A DNA stretch of 64,000 bases from Octopus sinensis (Eukaryota): the NCBI RefSeq assembly GCF_006345805.1, contig NC_043000.1, positions 48,670,001 to 48,734,000 on the forward strand. Direction: 5' to 3'. Both the position numbers and the translations under genes were made by a program. Positions 35,811-49,936 of the stretch are shown piece by piece. The first letter of the stretch is position 1. Each line of letters begins with the position of its first letter. The notes beneath the pieces are model-generated. The model was not told the DNA's origin, searched no databases, and saw only the letters and a program-made list of their open reading frames with translations.

Positions 35811-36027
35811 CGAAGGTGTTCTGAAGAGTTTCTGGCTTTGGATAAGAGAAAATACAGGAGTGTCAGTTAATTATGATTTTATTCAATGTATTCCCGTCTC
35901 AGATTGATACACTTATTGCAGCGGTTCTTCAGTTTTTCTTAGCCTTGTAAAAGAACTCGGAAAGTTGGACCTCAAACCAAGCCTTTCGCGAAACTCTTAA
36001 AGCCAGGAACTTTTCAGCACCACCTCG
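35811..36027 (-). mobile_element. mariner-derived MITE (217 bp) with TA duplication
   Basis: TIRs CGAAGGTGTTCTGAAGAGTTTCTGGCTTT / AAAGCCAGGAACTTTTCAGCACCACCTCG. Retains the transposase C-terminus NKCINLRREYIE* on the minus strand. Confidence 0.85.
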
Positions 36028-36707
36028 TATATTGCTGATCTTCTACAAATACAAAACCAAAACTGAAATTTTGTAGCTGAAGTAAAATTATGTTACCAGG
36101 AAATGCTGTGTGAGACATTTTGTTGAAGAGAAAACTTTATAATATTAAATGTTTCGTTGTTTTCAATATTTTGAGAAATCTGGGTAGTTACCAAGATTTC
36201 ATCGACTAACTCATTTACAGGATTCAGGATTAAAATCCGATGGTTTTGTACTTTAGAAATTATGAATCTGATTAAATCACATCACAGATCTGTCAATTAA
36301 CGATTTCAGTTATCAACCTAACCATATGCGCAGTCACAAAATTTGTAATGAAATACAAAAGAGAATTCAAGAACAGCAGAAATGACACGGCAATTGACAC
36401 GCATCCCACACAGTCTTCTCAGGTGTAATGACTACTAACATATATTAGCAAAAAACAAAGATTGATCTGAGATGAGTTGCTGTACATCCATGTAGCTAGC
36501 TAGTACTCTATATTAAATAACCTGAGCACATATTATTATTATTGTACTTTGCATAACATAGAGGTTAGCATATTTAGTGTAATAGATCTTTGAATCACAC
36601 ATATACATTCTACGGACTTAATACGTCCTATCATATTCAGATATGATTTGAAATTGACAACAGTATAAAAATAATGACAGATCCGATTTTTACTGTTCAT
36701 ATTTCAG

Positions 36708-36779
36708 GAAAAAAAAATCTCTTCTTTGTAAACACTTTCAAGGAGACAAATACGTTACTATGAACAATTCTGAGTACAG
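36708..36779 (+). other. Candidate 72-nt exon
   Basis: Acceptor TTTTACTGTTCATATTTCAG| and donor CAG|GTAAC. One reading frame is open (KKKSLLCKHFQGDKYVTMNNSEY). No homology recognised. Confidence 0.25.
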
Positions 36780-36847
36780 GTAACTGTGGTTGAGATCAAG
36801 ACAATGTTGGAGAGTTGTACGTAACACTTGTTAAATGTGGTTTACAT

Positions 36848-36910
<63 letters not shown>

Positions 36911-38701
36911 CCTTCCGAATTATACTTGTATTCCGACATAATGATTAAGATTGCTTCTCATTCGTTTCTTTTGTTAGAATATTCCCTAATACTTAGGTTA
37001 TATAGATATTTATATTTTCACAACGAATAAAATTACCACAGACTTTAGAAAGGTGGTGAATTACAATATCATCATATAGTTCCATTTCTTTACGGTCTGA
37101 ATTCAAATTCCTCTGGGAGTCGGCTATGACTCTTATAGTTCTACAGTTGATAAAGTACCAGTTATGTATCAACACACAAGTGAATCATTTACGCGAATAT
37201 GAGCTTCTCTGTATGACATAGATCTTTATTATGATATTGCTCGTTAGTCTCTGGTAAGATCTGACCCAATAGACCTGTCAATAGAAGTGTCTTCCCCTGC
37301 ATTGCATTTTTACTCTAAATTTATACAACGAATTTCTACATTCTTTAGGAGGTAAAATTTAACTGGAGATAGATATTTGACTATGATATCTTGCATTTCG
37401 ACTGACCGTGTAGAAGCTCACTCTTTGACTGAAAACAAAGTTACTATACTAAAAAGATTTTCCAATAAACGATGCAGTGGAGTGATGCATTAAGTTACTC
37501 CCTACATCATTGGATTCGAGTTAGCCCTCCACACTCCGAAGGTCGATAAAATATGAACAAGGAGATGTAATCGACTGTGTCCTCAGTACATATACATGGA
37601 CTTTTAATTATTACATTATGAAAAGAAACATTATTGATTATATGAACTCTACCAACTTTCCGGCAGATATTAATAAACAGATAATTTCCTTAATCATTTT
37701 ATATTAATTAATTATATTAATTATATTAATAAACAAAATATTTCTTTAATCATTTAACATATTATAGATTATTTAATTACTCGCGTGGAGAAAAGCCTTG
37801 GAATTTCTCACTTAGATCTCCAACGATTATATCAATGCACACCATCATCGTTTTCAAAATGGAAATAGTGTTTATTTTTTAACAAAATCTGCTGTTAGTT
37901 TCGTATAGTTACATTTCAAAATTAGCTGATAACAGTTCTTATGATATAAGAATAACAAGTGATGAATTACATAGAACAGCTTTGCGTTATTAGCTTATTT
38001 CATACGTATAACAAAACAAATGGTGCGGGGAACAGAATCACAAGGATATATCACATTTAACATTAGCTCCTATATTTTTGTTTTTATCTCTGTAATGATT
38101 ACTGTGTTTATTCACAGGCAGTAAAGAACGACAGTAATACTAAGATTCTATTGTTGGGCTAGTGATAATAGGTTCACAGCGTCTAAACTACGAAACTGCT
38201 AATCCAATTAGTAAAGTTTAGACAGTTGTAATTTTATACAAATTGGCTGGACCAGTGACTTGTCTCAACATATATATATACAACAGATATTTCGTTTAAA
38301 ATGTAAAATTGTATGTTTCGCACAAAATTATATATTCAGTTTCACAATGTTATTAATGTTTCTTAGATGTATCTTAATAGCTGCGCAATTATCGGCTGAA
38401 TGATATTGTTCTGTGGAGTTACTCTTGAAATTCCATTTGACCGTTTGTTTCTTTCATAATTATATCACATAGAAACATTCACAATTACTGTATTTTAGTG
38501 TGTATCACATCTCTAAATTTATCCAGATCTTAGTGGCTAATCAGTGCATAAAACAGATTTAGAACCTCTCGACTTCTTTGTAAAAATAAAGAAACGACAA
38601 GTCATTTTATTGGGAAATAATGTTTTCGGTGTTTTATAATTCGAATTTCCTTTGTCGTTATTAGCAATTTAAAATTCTTTAGTATTTTTAAAACAAATGC
38701 A

Positions 38702-39117
38702 TACTCTTTTACTCGTTTACTTGTTTCAGTCATTTGACTCCGGCCATGCTTGAGCACCACCTTTAGTTGAGCAAAATTGACCCCAGGACTTATTCTTTGT
38801 AAGTCTAGAAGTTATTCTATCGGTCTGTTTTGCCGAACCGCAAAGTTACGGTGACGTAAACACACCAGCATCGTTTGTTAAGCGATGTCGGGGGAGACAA
38901 ACACAGACATACAAACATATACACACACATACATATAAATATATACATATATACGACGGGCTTCTTTCAGTTTCCGTCTACTAAATCTATTCAGAAGGCT
39001 TTGGTCGGCCCGAAGCTATAGTAGAAGACACTTGCCCATGGTGCCACGCAGTGGGACTGAAGCCGGAGTCATGTGGTTGGTAAGCAAGCTATTTGGCACA
39101 CAGTCACTCCTGCGCCT
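38702..39117 (-). mobile_element. Family B SINE, full length
   Basis: Colinear with 11605-11991 from tail to the AGGCGCAGGAG head. Confidence 0.92.
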
Positions 39118-39858
39118 ATAATATTTCTGTATATATTTTTGTGCGTGTGTGTGCGCGTGTGTATGTGTGTGCGTTGAATGTGTTATGCATAAAGTACTAG
39201 CTGCCTTTTGATTAGGAGAAGAAATATGATATTTTACTGAAAAATATGACGTTGTAGATCATCTATAGTTTCCTAAATCTCTTTCCTAAAAGGACCACTT
39301 TCGCGGCATGGTGCTGTTAATTAAATTAGTCTCAGTACTTGACTATTTTATCGCTCTTGGAACGTTAAAATGCAAAGTTGACTACGGCGGGATTTGAAGT
39401 GGGTGTTAAGCAGTCATAACCAAAATACTGCAATGAATTTTCCGTAGCTCTAACGATTGTGCTAGTCTTCTTCCTTTCGCCATAATATAATAACGATTTA
39501 TTTCAAAGGTAAAAAAGACACACTTAGAGAGTTGTAGTCGATTGAATCAACTCAATTATTTATTTTATTGATCCCACAAGAACGAACAGCAAAATTGATT
39601 CTTAAGGGATTTGAAGAGAAGAAAATTAAAGGGGCGTAACTTAAAACCGCAAAGTACGTTGTTCGGTTCTTCATTTTATCGACCGTTGAAGGATGAATAA
39701 CACAATTGACTTTCGGTTTAAGATTCGAATATATGAAGTAAACGGCCGTGCCTAAATACCAGAGACACGCATCTCAAAATTTAGTATCCACTGAGGCTAA
39801 TGGAAGACAGACATGCTAGGTTTGGCGTAGTAAAACGTAACTCAGCTACGGCCACGTG

Positions 39859-39888
39859 AAGGAGGAGGAGGAGGAGGAAGAGATGCAG

Positions 39889-39921
<33 letters not shown>

Positions 39922-39922
39922 A
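39859..39922. repeat. (GGA)n/(GAA)n purine tract
   Basis: Seen directly in the sequence. Confidence 0.9.
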
Positions 39923-40018
39923 ATAATGGGCAGCGGTTTGACCGCTTTTCTTCCACTTTTAATCTCCATCACCCTTCTATATGTTATTGAACTTTTAGAT
40001 TTGCAACAGGATGAACTA

Positions 40019-40909
40019 CAGGATGCAGTGAATAAACTGTTGTCTAAATTATGCAAAAATGTAAATAAGAATGTCATCTCATTTTAACTGATATATTTAC
40101 CAAAATTACATTAAAATGTCTTGAAATTAAATGTCTTGAGTAACTGTGTTCAATATAATCGCCATTGGCTTCAAACACGGTCTCCAGGCGACTTCGGAAT
40201 CTCCTGCAACTCTTCGGGACGGTCTCCGTATTAAAAGTAGGTGAATGCTGCCATACTTCTTGGCTTCAGTTCATCTTTGATGTTACAAGGAGTTTTCTTG
40301 GTCTCTCTCTCAACTGCGCCCCACACATAATAATCAAGGGGGTTGCACGTCTGGGGAGTTATCTAGTCAGACTCTGGGGAGTTAGCTGGAGTTAAGTGGT
40401 CGCAGAAATTGTCTCACATCCATGACTGGGTTCTCCTGCTTGTGTGGCATGGTGCAGAATCCTGTTACCAGACATAGGATCTTCCAGCAGCCACCCACTT
40501 GATCCAAGGCAGTACTACCTCCTCCAGGCACTTGATACTTGCCCCCGTCTTGAGCCAGAGTCTGCGTGGAGAAATGAATGAAAGCATAACGTCACTGTCT
40601 CTAGTGCTCATCCCAAACACCATGATGTTGACTGGGTGTTTAATTTTTATCACTCTCGGTACATGTTATCAGATTGCACTGTCCTCACATTGACACCCAT
40701 ACACTTTGAAATGTTAATACTGGAGCTTTCGGTGCGAATGCCAGGCAGTACAGTTTCCAAATTTTTGGCAGTGGAAATTGCGTCATTGTGCTATTTATAT
40801 TCACAGACACTGCCCTATAATACTGTGTAGCCGACAAAATCAAAAACAAACAATGTACCTGCGCGAAATTAAAAATATAAATTCATGATAATTTACCCAT
40901 TGCACCCTG
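40019..40909 (-). mobile_element. Internally deleted maT/DD37D-like (Tc1/mariner superfamily) transposon
   Basis: TIRs TA-CAGGATGCAGTGAATAAA / TTTACCCATTGCACCCTG-TA. Transposase remnants KHPVNIMVFG, YVW*QDSAPCH, PLDYYVWGAVER and RFRSRLE.V.EANGDYIE. Confidence 0.85.
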
Positions 40910-41352
40910 TATATTCATGTTAATCAACCAATACATGATTAACAGCTATTTTATCGACTTCACAATAATGAAAAAGTAATCACTGACTCAAAAATGTTTT
41001 CGACTTTAAAAAGCCACTAAATATACTATATTTAATTAAGTATTTTCAATGACTACGTTGTATTTTTGTTCTTCATTTTTATCTTAATTGCTTATTAGCA
41101 GGAGTAAAAACCTTTTCCGGGGTCTCTCTGACTAATAAGGAGAAGAGAGGCTTCGCTAAAACGTTACTAATATCGAACGTAACTAAAAGCAAGGAAGGCC
41201 CAGGTGAGGATATTATACTGATATACAGAACAAAATGCCTTTATAGAATACAACTCCTATGAAAGACGTTATATTTGCATATTAGATCGATGAAATATGC
41301 ACTATACTCAATTAATATAATCAATTTACTCTAAAAGACATTCACCTTTGTG

Positions 41353-41756
41353 TTTTCTTTTCTACTCTAGGCACAAGGCCCGATGTTTTTGTGGGGTGGG
41401 GGGCCAGTCGGTTAGATCGACCCCAGTGCGCAACTGGTACTTAATTTATTGACCCCGGAAATGATAAAAGGCAAAGTCGACCTCGGCGGATTTGAACTCA
41501 GAACATAAAGTCAAACGAAATACCTATTTCTTTATTACCCACAAGGGGCTAAACACAGAGGGGACAAACAAGGACAGACATAGGTATTAAGTCGATTACA
41601 TCGACCCTAGTACGTAACTGGTACTTAATTTATCGACCCCGAAAGGATGAAAGGCAAAGTCGACCTCGGCGGAATTTGAACTCACAACGTAACGCAGACG
41701 AAATACCGCTAAGCATTTCACCCGGCGTGCTAACGTTTCTGCCAGCTCGCCGCCTT
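41353..41756 (-). mobile_element. Dimeric family A SINE, well preserved
   Basis: Two monomers, each with a B box and a TCGACTTTGCCTTT..AAATTAAGTACCAGTT core, joined by the same linker as 2603-2956. Possible TSD CCTTTGT at 41345-51 and 41753-59. Confidence 0.92.
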
Positions 41757-43761
41757 TGTCATTGTTAACATTACTACTGTAAATACTAAGAACAAGTATT
41801 TTATATTTTCTGGTAATGAGAATAGAATATTTCAGACGTAGTACTTTCACAACAAAGCACGGAATTTTCAAATGGTTTCCTTCCTTTCATGCCAGCTCCA
41901 TTTTCTGTATAATTGAGATAAATCATTGGGTTTACATATATTATCAAACTTCATTATCGACCAACGAAAGATCTTTTCAGTGGGATAACGTTAAGGATTT
42001 TTAATTTTGAGTATATGAAAACATATTTTTCAAAACATATTATCATTAGTTGAAGTTATTCCAAATATATGACGAAATTGTTCCCTGTTGGTTTCAATTG
42101 GGGAGCTCAATTAATGTAACTAAATATTCATAGCATTCATTATAATGCGCTGCGCTGCCTTTTCTATCATCCCGGGTCCCTTGAAAATTTACAAAACCGA
42201 GTTCTAGATTTTACAAACACCGTAACTTCTTGTGCAAGCAATTGTTGGCGATGTTATAATAGGATAGCAAATGATTCAATACGGATAGGAACTTGAAAGC
42301 TCTAGATAAGAAATGTATATACATATATTATGAGGCAATTATTCCATAGACTACATCTACTAAAATGCTGCCCTTCAAAACTGTATAGTTATGACTTTTT
42401 ATGTTGGCACAATTGAAAAGTTTGTTGCCCAGGCATAAAGTCAATTAGTATCAGTAGCAATATTTCTTGAAGGCTGATTTTTTCAACCACTACTGATGAA
42501 AGGGTAAATCGGTATTGTCGAGATACTTTGACATTAAATGTAAACTAAATACCACAAGGCATTTTATCTGTTGCTTCTGTTAGTACACTACTTAGAAAGA
42601 ATTAGAAAGTGTAAACAGATTAAGATATATCATTTGAAGAAACACTGCCTACATTGCTATATCTTTAACGATTTAGGCATTGTGAATCAATGGTCGTCAG
42701 ACATTATATAATTTCCTATATGGGAAATATAGTTATATAGGTACATGGTTATATAATTTCTGTTGTACAAATTCTTTTCTGCCTAGTAATTATTACAAGC
42801 GTTCTTCACAACATTTGAAATAGTCGTAATTTTATTTCATCGGCTAAACATGAACGGCTTGTTGTACTTCGTTCACATGAAATGTCTTTAAAAACGATGT
42901 CGAAAAGTTGTTACGTCCATATTATACTTCTTTGGGAGTTGATTACGACCTGGCGATATACCACCATAAGATAGAACGCTTTACAGCATTAAAAAGTCTA
43001 TAAAATTTAATGCTGTAGATACTTAACAAAGAAAACTATGTATTGAATTGTTATAAACTAGAAATCACTCGATACTTTTTATGTTTTGTCAATTTTACTT
43101 CATGTTAAAATGCCTCTATTATGGAAACAAAACCCGCATATAAAATACCACTTACAATACAACCGTGTTCAACTGGTACAACATTATTAATCATTTTGGC
43201 TATGTCATAGCACATTTTATTTCAAATGTTAACATTGGTACAGTTTAGTTTCTTGGTCTTGTAGTTAAATGTATTTAAAGAAGTTAAAAAATTCTTTTCG
43301 GTACTATTATTTCAGTACTATTCTTTTCAGCACTATTATTTGTAAAGGAATAGTGAATTGGAAGAATTGTTAAAGCATTGAGAATAATAACTTGCGGTAT
43401 TTTGTCAAAGCATTTTAAGTCATCATTTCGAATCGCACTGATGTTAATTCTGTATTTTATCACTTCAGTAACGATGAAATATTTTTGTCGATCCTGAAGG
43501 AAGGTCACCATTTCTAAAAATCTGCGAAGAATAATTCATTTGTAAAAGAATTATCCTGATGCCAATGTAACCTATGCGTAAAACACATGGTGTTCAAGAA
43601 CAAGGATGGCGAACAAATGATAGAGATTATATAATTGGCAGATAAACTCTTTGTCTTACTATTATTCTTTCTCATACAGCACAAAACTCTCTCTCTTTAT
43701 TTCTCTTTCTCACGCACGCTCGCGCGAATAGATCCCTTCCTGTACTCTGTTTGGATTAATA

Positions 43762-43938
43762 TTGGTTTCAAAATTTGGCACATGACCAAACATTTCGTGA
43801 GAGAGGATATGCTGATTAAATCGACCCCGATGTTTAACTAGTATTTATTCTGCCGAACACAAAAATATGAAAAGCAAAGTCAAATTGGAGGAATTCGATT
43901 CCAGAACGTAAAGACGGACGAAGTACCGCCAAGCGTTT
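43762..43938 (-). mobile_element. Family A SINE, degenerate
   Basis: TTTGGCACATGACC, ATCGACCCC, GCAAAGTC and CAGAACGTAAAGACGGACGAA. Confidence 0.7.
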
Positions 43939-46659
43939 TCAAAGCAAACAAACTTATTTATTTCAAAACTTGTATTTCAAGAGATTTCACTTAGAAATAG
44001 ATGTTACTTTTTGATATTAAGCATATTTTGAGGGTCATTTACATTTTGTCGGTGACATTTAACATATATTCTATTTGGAAAATAAAATCTTAATCATTAT
44101 TCTACCTCTTACAACCTGCATTCAAACGTTACTCATTTGTAACTGTAGATATAATCGAAATTTTTACGGAATGAAAAATGTCTGAATGTTATACATTTAA
44201 ATATCTTAAATATGAAATACTATCTAATGTAATGCAAAAGGTTCGAATATTGCACTTTATCCATTCTTAACTGTATAATGTGTTGGAAGACATAATTTTG
44301 ATATGTTAAGATGATATGCCAATGCTACGAGGGTTTATAAATTTATGCATCAAGATAAAAACAAGAACAGTCTAAAAAGTGAATATCCACGAGACTCGCT
44401 AACATACATAACCTACTAGATAACTGATCGATAATTGTGGAAGTGCTAAATAGAGCAAAGTAAATTATTGGCCCATTTTCATTTACTAGATTGATGGAGT
44501 GGGGTACAAATTTGAGATTTAAAATTAGAAAGGTAATCAAAATAAAGGCACTAAATCGTATAGCATTATAGTACTTCTGCTTTGACAAATTCATTACTGG
44601 TAATCGCAAGATGCTTTGAAATAATTATGTCTCTTTACGCGTTAAATTCAATCCTGAATTTGCTTTTCATCGTATGAAATTCAATATTAGAGTTGATATA
44701 TTTAACTATATCATTCTTCAATAAAGCTACTCTGTTTCCATCTAATGTATCTACACGTTGTCTTTGCTAAATTATTTGTTTTGAGCTATTTTGATAATTA
44801 TAACCTATGTAAGGTAATGTTTCCCAGCATCCTCTTTCATTATGTTGTCTTCGTCTTCAAACTATATTACAGGTACTAATGAGGTAGTTTTGAACTAAGA
44901 TAAATGGTACAAAAACTGGACAAAAACTTCTTTCACGAGCATTTGTATAGTTGACACTACACAGATAAATTTTTTTAAATTATTTAGTGAAACGTTAATT
45001 CGAAATGCAGAAAGATAAATGCATATATTATAATTTTTCTGTCAGACACAGTAACTCTCACCAATATTCAACCCAACATATTTGATTAAGTGCTGCGAAA
45101 AATATATATATACGTTTGTTCTTTTAATAATTTTAGTAATTATATCGGGACTGACTGGAGAGTACAGCAACTTACATCAACCCCAGTAATTATTTCAGCT
45201 ACTATTTACTCTATTCACTCCGGGACCATGAAAGGTGAAATGGACTTGAGTGTCTTTTAAACTCGTGAAGCCTATTCTTACAAGATATTTTTGCCACTGT
45301 TTTGAAATTACAATTGCACTGATACAAGAAATCAAACTAAAAATCTTCAATAAGGCATTCATGTTACCCTTTAACATCTGGGTCAGTATGTATCGGGTTG
45401 GCGACTGAGAACATGGTGGAAACTAGGTAAAGGTAATAGCACATAAAATATTGAAACATATATTTAAAGCCAAACCAGGATCATTTTATTTGCTATCACC
45501 ATTCTCGTTTGTAACAGAGGCTCATTCGATCTTTATTTGATTTACTGTGGCTTTTTGCATTTATGAATAATGTTATGAAATATATATTACTAAATATCAT
45601 TTGATGTTTCGTATTTCATATATAAAGATCAATATACATACACAGCAAATTAATGTCGTAGGTATTTCGGCGGTCAAAGCTATTTTATATAAATAAAGTA
45701 AGAAGCTTAAAGTACACTCGCCTAAAAGTGGAAATGGAAAGTGTTGTCTAACTACACCTTCATAAAACGGAACAAATATCTCTAACCTTTTGTACATTGA
45801 CTTTCAGTTAACACTCAGTTGAACAACTGTATTTATCTTTGGCAGAATACTGACCTCACTGATCTTTTCCATTAAGACGAACTGCTGTAGGGAATAACCA
45901 TACCTGTCCTAATGGATGTGAGTTATAAAACAATTATGGTATATGTGCAATTAATAGTGCAATAAAATGCAATACTCTACTTTGTTTTCAGTAATATTTA
46001 TCGTGTTTAAACCTATATTATCCGTTTGATGGTATATATTTGTGTAATCCTACCATAAAGATAAACTGACGTCTAAATGAACCATACATGCAACATAGAT
46101 GCAATCACTTATTTTCATATTTAAATTTACTTGAATCCTCCAGTCATAATCCTTGAAAGGAATATAGATGGGCGCTGCTGTGCTAACGGCTCTTCGATAT
46201 ATATCATGTTGGTATAACCTTATAATGCAAAAGTATGTATTCACCGTTACAAAACGATTTTTCATTGTTCAAATGCATAAGTTGTTTTACTTATTACTCG
46301 TTACTTTATTAGATTGTAGCCGTATTGAGGAACTGTTCTCTTGTATTTTAATCGATTATGTAGAGCCGAGTAATTTCGTTTTGGCGTTGTTTTATTGATC
46401 TCAATATATTGAATCTCTACATACCGATATCACATAAATGGAAGGAAACAGTTCCACCAATAAGTTTACAGTTTTACATTAACGCAAACACGCACAAACT
46501 CACTCACACACATGGACTTCCCGATATTTTCCGTGTTCAAAATTCCACTGAAAGATGTTGGTCAGCCTGCGACATAAGGTGCCATAGTGTTTAATCGATT
46601 TTATAATTACAGGATTTGTGAAACAAAATGTGCAACCTATAGGGGTACGCCTGTACATA

Positions 46660-47385
46660 TATAATCATAATGTAACACACCTGCGCCAGACCATCAAACA
46701 CACACCATCAGCTTCTTTTGATGAATTTTGCTTTTTGGACTATGTTTTGGTGGTTCGTCTTTGTCCAACCATTGTGCTGAACGATTACGGTTGTTGTATC
46801 CGATCCATTACTCATCACATGTTACTATTCGATTAAAAAATGATTAATTTTTGTGACGTGAAAGTAGCATAATGCAAACTTCCATAATGCTGTTTCTGAT
46901 TTTCATTGAGTTCATGTGGAATCCACTTATCCAACATTTTCACTTTACCGATTTGAACTAGGTGAGTCAATATTGTTCACTTGCTAACACCAAAGAACAA
47001 GGATACTTCACGGGCACTTTTGTTTCTTGTTCTGCTCATTTGTGAGATCAAAATTACCTGAACGAAATTCTGCAAACCAATTTAATATTGAATGCTGTGT
47101 AATAACATTAGAATGAAATACTCCATTAATATTCCGAGCTGTCTGCGATGTTGTATTTCCAAGAAAGAATTCATAATTCAAAACTGTATGAATGTCCGAC
47201 TTATCCATCTCTAAACAAAAATACCAAAACAAGATTTATAAATACTTTATAAAACGCAAAATGAGTTAGAACAGACAAACAAATATGTCAGTTTTCCAAC
47301 AAAAAATATTGTTAAAATACTATAACGGCGCAAAATGAGTAGTTTACCATATACCTCACTAGAAATTTCATACTTGACGACCTAA
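46660..47385 (-). mobile_element. mariner (DD34D-type) transposase 5' relic
   Basis: N-terminal HTH MDKSDIHTVLNYEF...TARNIN...WFAEFRSGNFDL, a WIPHEL motif, RIVTCDE*W (first catalytic D) and TIR TA-TTAGGTCGTCAAGTATGAAA. Confidence 0.88.
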
Positions 47386-47793
47386 TATAATATATCTTAT
47401 ACACTAAATCCGAAATACTTTTCATAGTTTACTGGGAAATATATCTGAAAATAATCTTGAAATATTCTGAGAATAACCTTGTAAAATGTTTACAATAAAA
47501 TTAGAGCTTCACTTAGTGTTTCTAAATACAATATTCCCTCAAAGCTTAGAATAAATGTAAGATGTTAAAGTTTGCAGTGCAATTAACGTAACAGTACGTT
47601 GCATATTTCTTTAAAACATTCTAAATTATGAAAATGAAATTAAAGTTTGCTTTGCAGTAGAATTTAACCGTTTTAAATATTTTTATGGTATATTCGTAAA
47701 TTCAAACATGATTTAACACATATATAATAAATGAATATATATATGTGTTTGAGTGTATGTGTGTATGTATGTATATATATATGTATGTACGTA

Positions 47794-47844
<51 letters not shown>

Positions 47845-48255
47845 GCGCGCGCATGTATCTGTGTGTGTGTGTACCGTTATAGCACTGCTATGGTTTTTTT
47901 ATGAGTTTTCATTTCTCTAAGTATACAAAGAATTATGTATGCTACAGAAAGAAACGTTAACATTTGTAAACCAATTTTGGTACTTTATTTTTCTACTTTA
48001 CTGCATATTGTAAAACAAAAATCTGCTTTGCTTTCATACTTTGTAAAAGGATTTATTCTGTCATTTCAAACCTAATGGACTGCATAGATATCTTTCGATA
48101 TTTAGCTTAATTTGTCTAGTCGGTGTCCTCAATTGAAATCACTCTCCAGGATCAGCTTTTATGTTTATCCCGTTTCCTAAAATAATAAGTGATACCAGCT
48201 TATATATATATATATATATTTACAAATTTTTTATCTGATACATACATACACACAC

Positions 48256-48346
<91 letters not shown>

Positions 48347-48352
48347 ATATAT

Positions 48353-48568
48353 CGGTCTCAAATTTTGGCACAAGGCCACCAACTTCGGGAAAGTAGGTAA
48401 CTTGATTCCGTCAACCGCAGTATTCAACTGCTGCCTTTTTCATCGACCCCGAAAGGATGAAAGGCAAACCTGACCACGGCGGTATTTGAACTCAGAACGT
48501 AAAGATGCACGAAATGACGCTAAGCATTTCCTCCGGTGTGCTAACAATTCTGCCATCTCGCCGCCTTT
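48353..48568 (-). mobile_element. Family A SINE between (TA)n tracts
   Basis: ATCGACCCCGAAAGGATGAAAGGCAAA, TTTGAACTCAGAACG and head CTCGCCGCCTTT. Confidence 0.88.
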
Positions 48569-48579
48569 ATACTGAATTT

Positions 48580-48745
<166 letters not shown>

Positions 48746-48942
48746 ATACTGAATATTAAAAGAAACGAATACAGCTGATATAAGAGGATATAGTTTTATC
48801 GATTATAAAATATTACTGGTACATATTGTATTGTTCTAAAGTATCTGTGGGAGGTAAAGTTGGCATTTTTATTCATATCTTAAAACTGCAGTCCTTTCAT
48901 TTAGCTCCCAGATTAACTACACTGCCAAATTCTGTGTAGTGT

Positions 48943-48946
<4 letters not shown>

Positions 48947-49011
<65 letters not shown>
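48947..49011. repeat. (GA)n microsatellite
   Basis: Seen directly in the sequence. Confidence 0.97.
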
Positions 49012-49015
<4 letters not shown>

Positions 49016-49358
49016 TGTCATGTCTAGCAGGTGAAGTAACTAAGTACAAAATATTAATATACATGGTTCTTGAAAAAAATTTATTTACCTTCATTATTTA
49101 TTCTGTTATCTGTTGCTCAAGCACATTTTGCTTGTTACATAATTTTTAATTTTCATTACTCCAGCGAAAACACATGTTTAGCCATGATGCTATGTAATTC
49201 CAAGGCTGTTTCGTTGTATCACTAAACATCATACACTGATAGTTATCGTAACAGTAGTGAAACCATGTGCTTTAGTTCGTAACTGTGTTATCTTGCTGTT
49301 GTGTCATTCGAAGTCAGTATCATGAAATTGTAGTTATTATCAGTTTGGATATACGTGA

Positions 49359-49936
49359 GGCACGTTCAAACTGGGAAACAAGTTATTCACTGCGTTTTGT
49401 CAAGTTTGTTGACAAATTGTGTGTAAACACCTAGATCAGTTGGCCGTGCCACCTACCTGGACTCTGAGATGCCAGCATTTCAGAATAGTTATCTCCCCTT
49501 CGGTCACAGACACTAGGTAGACGATGCTACGCGCTGAGTAAAGAGACTGACTCTCTTAATATTTTCTCGTCACCATACCGTGACTGGTTGCGCTATACAG
49601 CGTTTGACCGTTAGTAATTTACGGAGGTGGGGAGCGTTAAGCAGTGATAGGTGAAATTGCAATGTTATTATCAATCCTAATAAGCTTGATACACATTCGA
49701 ATTGGAGAACAAGTTGCTCAATGCGCTTTGTTAAGGAGAATATATCTCGATTGTTGACAAATGGTGTGCATTCAATCAGACTGTGTCTGTGACCGAAGAG
49801 GAAATGACTACACCAAATTACTAGCATCTCATAGTCTATGTAGGCGGCGCTGCTAGCTGGTCTACACATCATTTGTCAACATACACACCATTTGTCAACA
49901 AGTGAGATACATTCTCCCTGACAGTTCGAACGTGCA
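49359..49936. mobile_element. Non-autonomous TIR element, PIF/Harbinger-like
   Basis: Termini GGCACGTTCAAACTG / CAGTTCGAACGTGCA with flanks TGA/TTA. The internal motif TGTTGACAAATKGTGTG occurs twice forward and twice reversed. Confidence 0.55.

Noticed and set aside
37667-37756. 33-bp AT-rich direct repeat
   Set aside because: Ordinary local duplication in low-complexity DNA.
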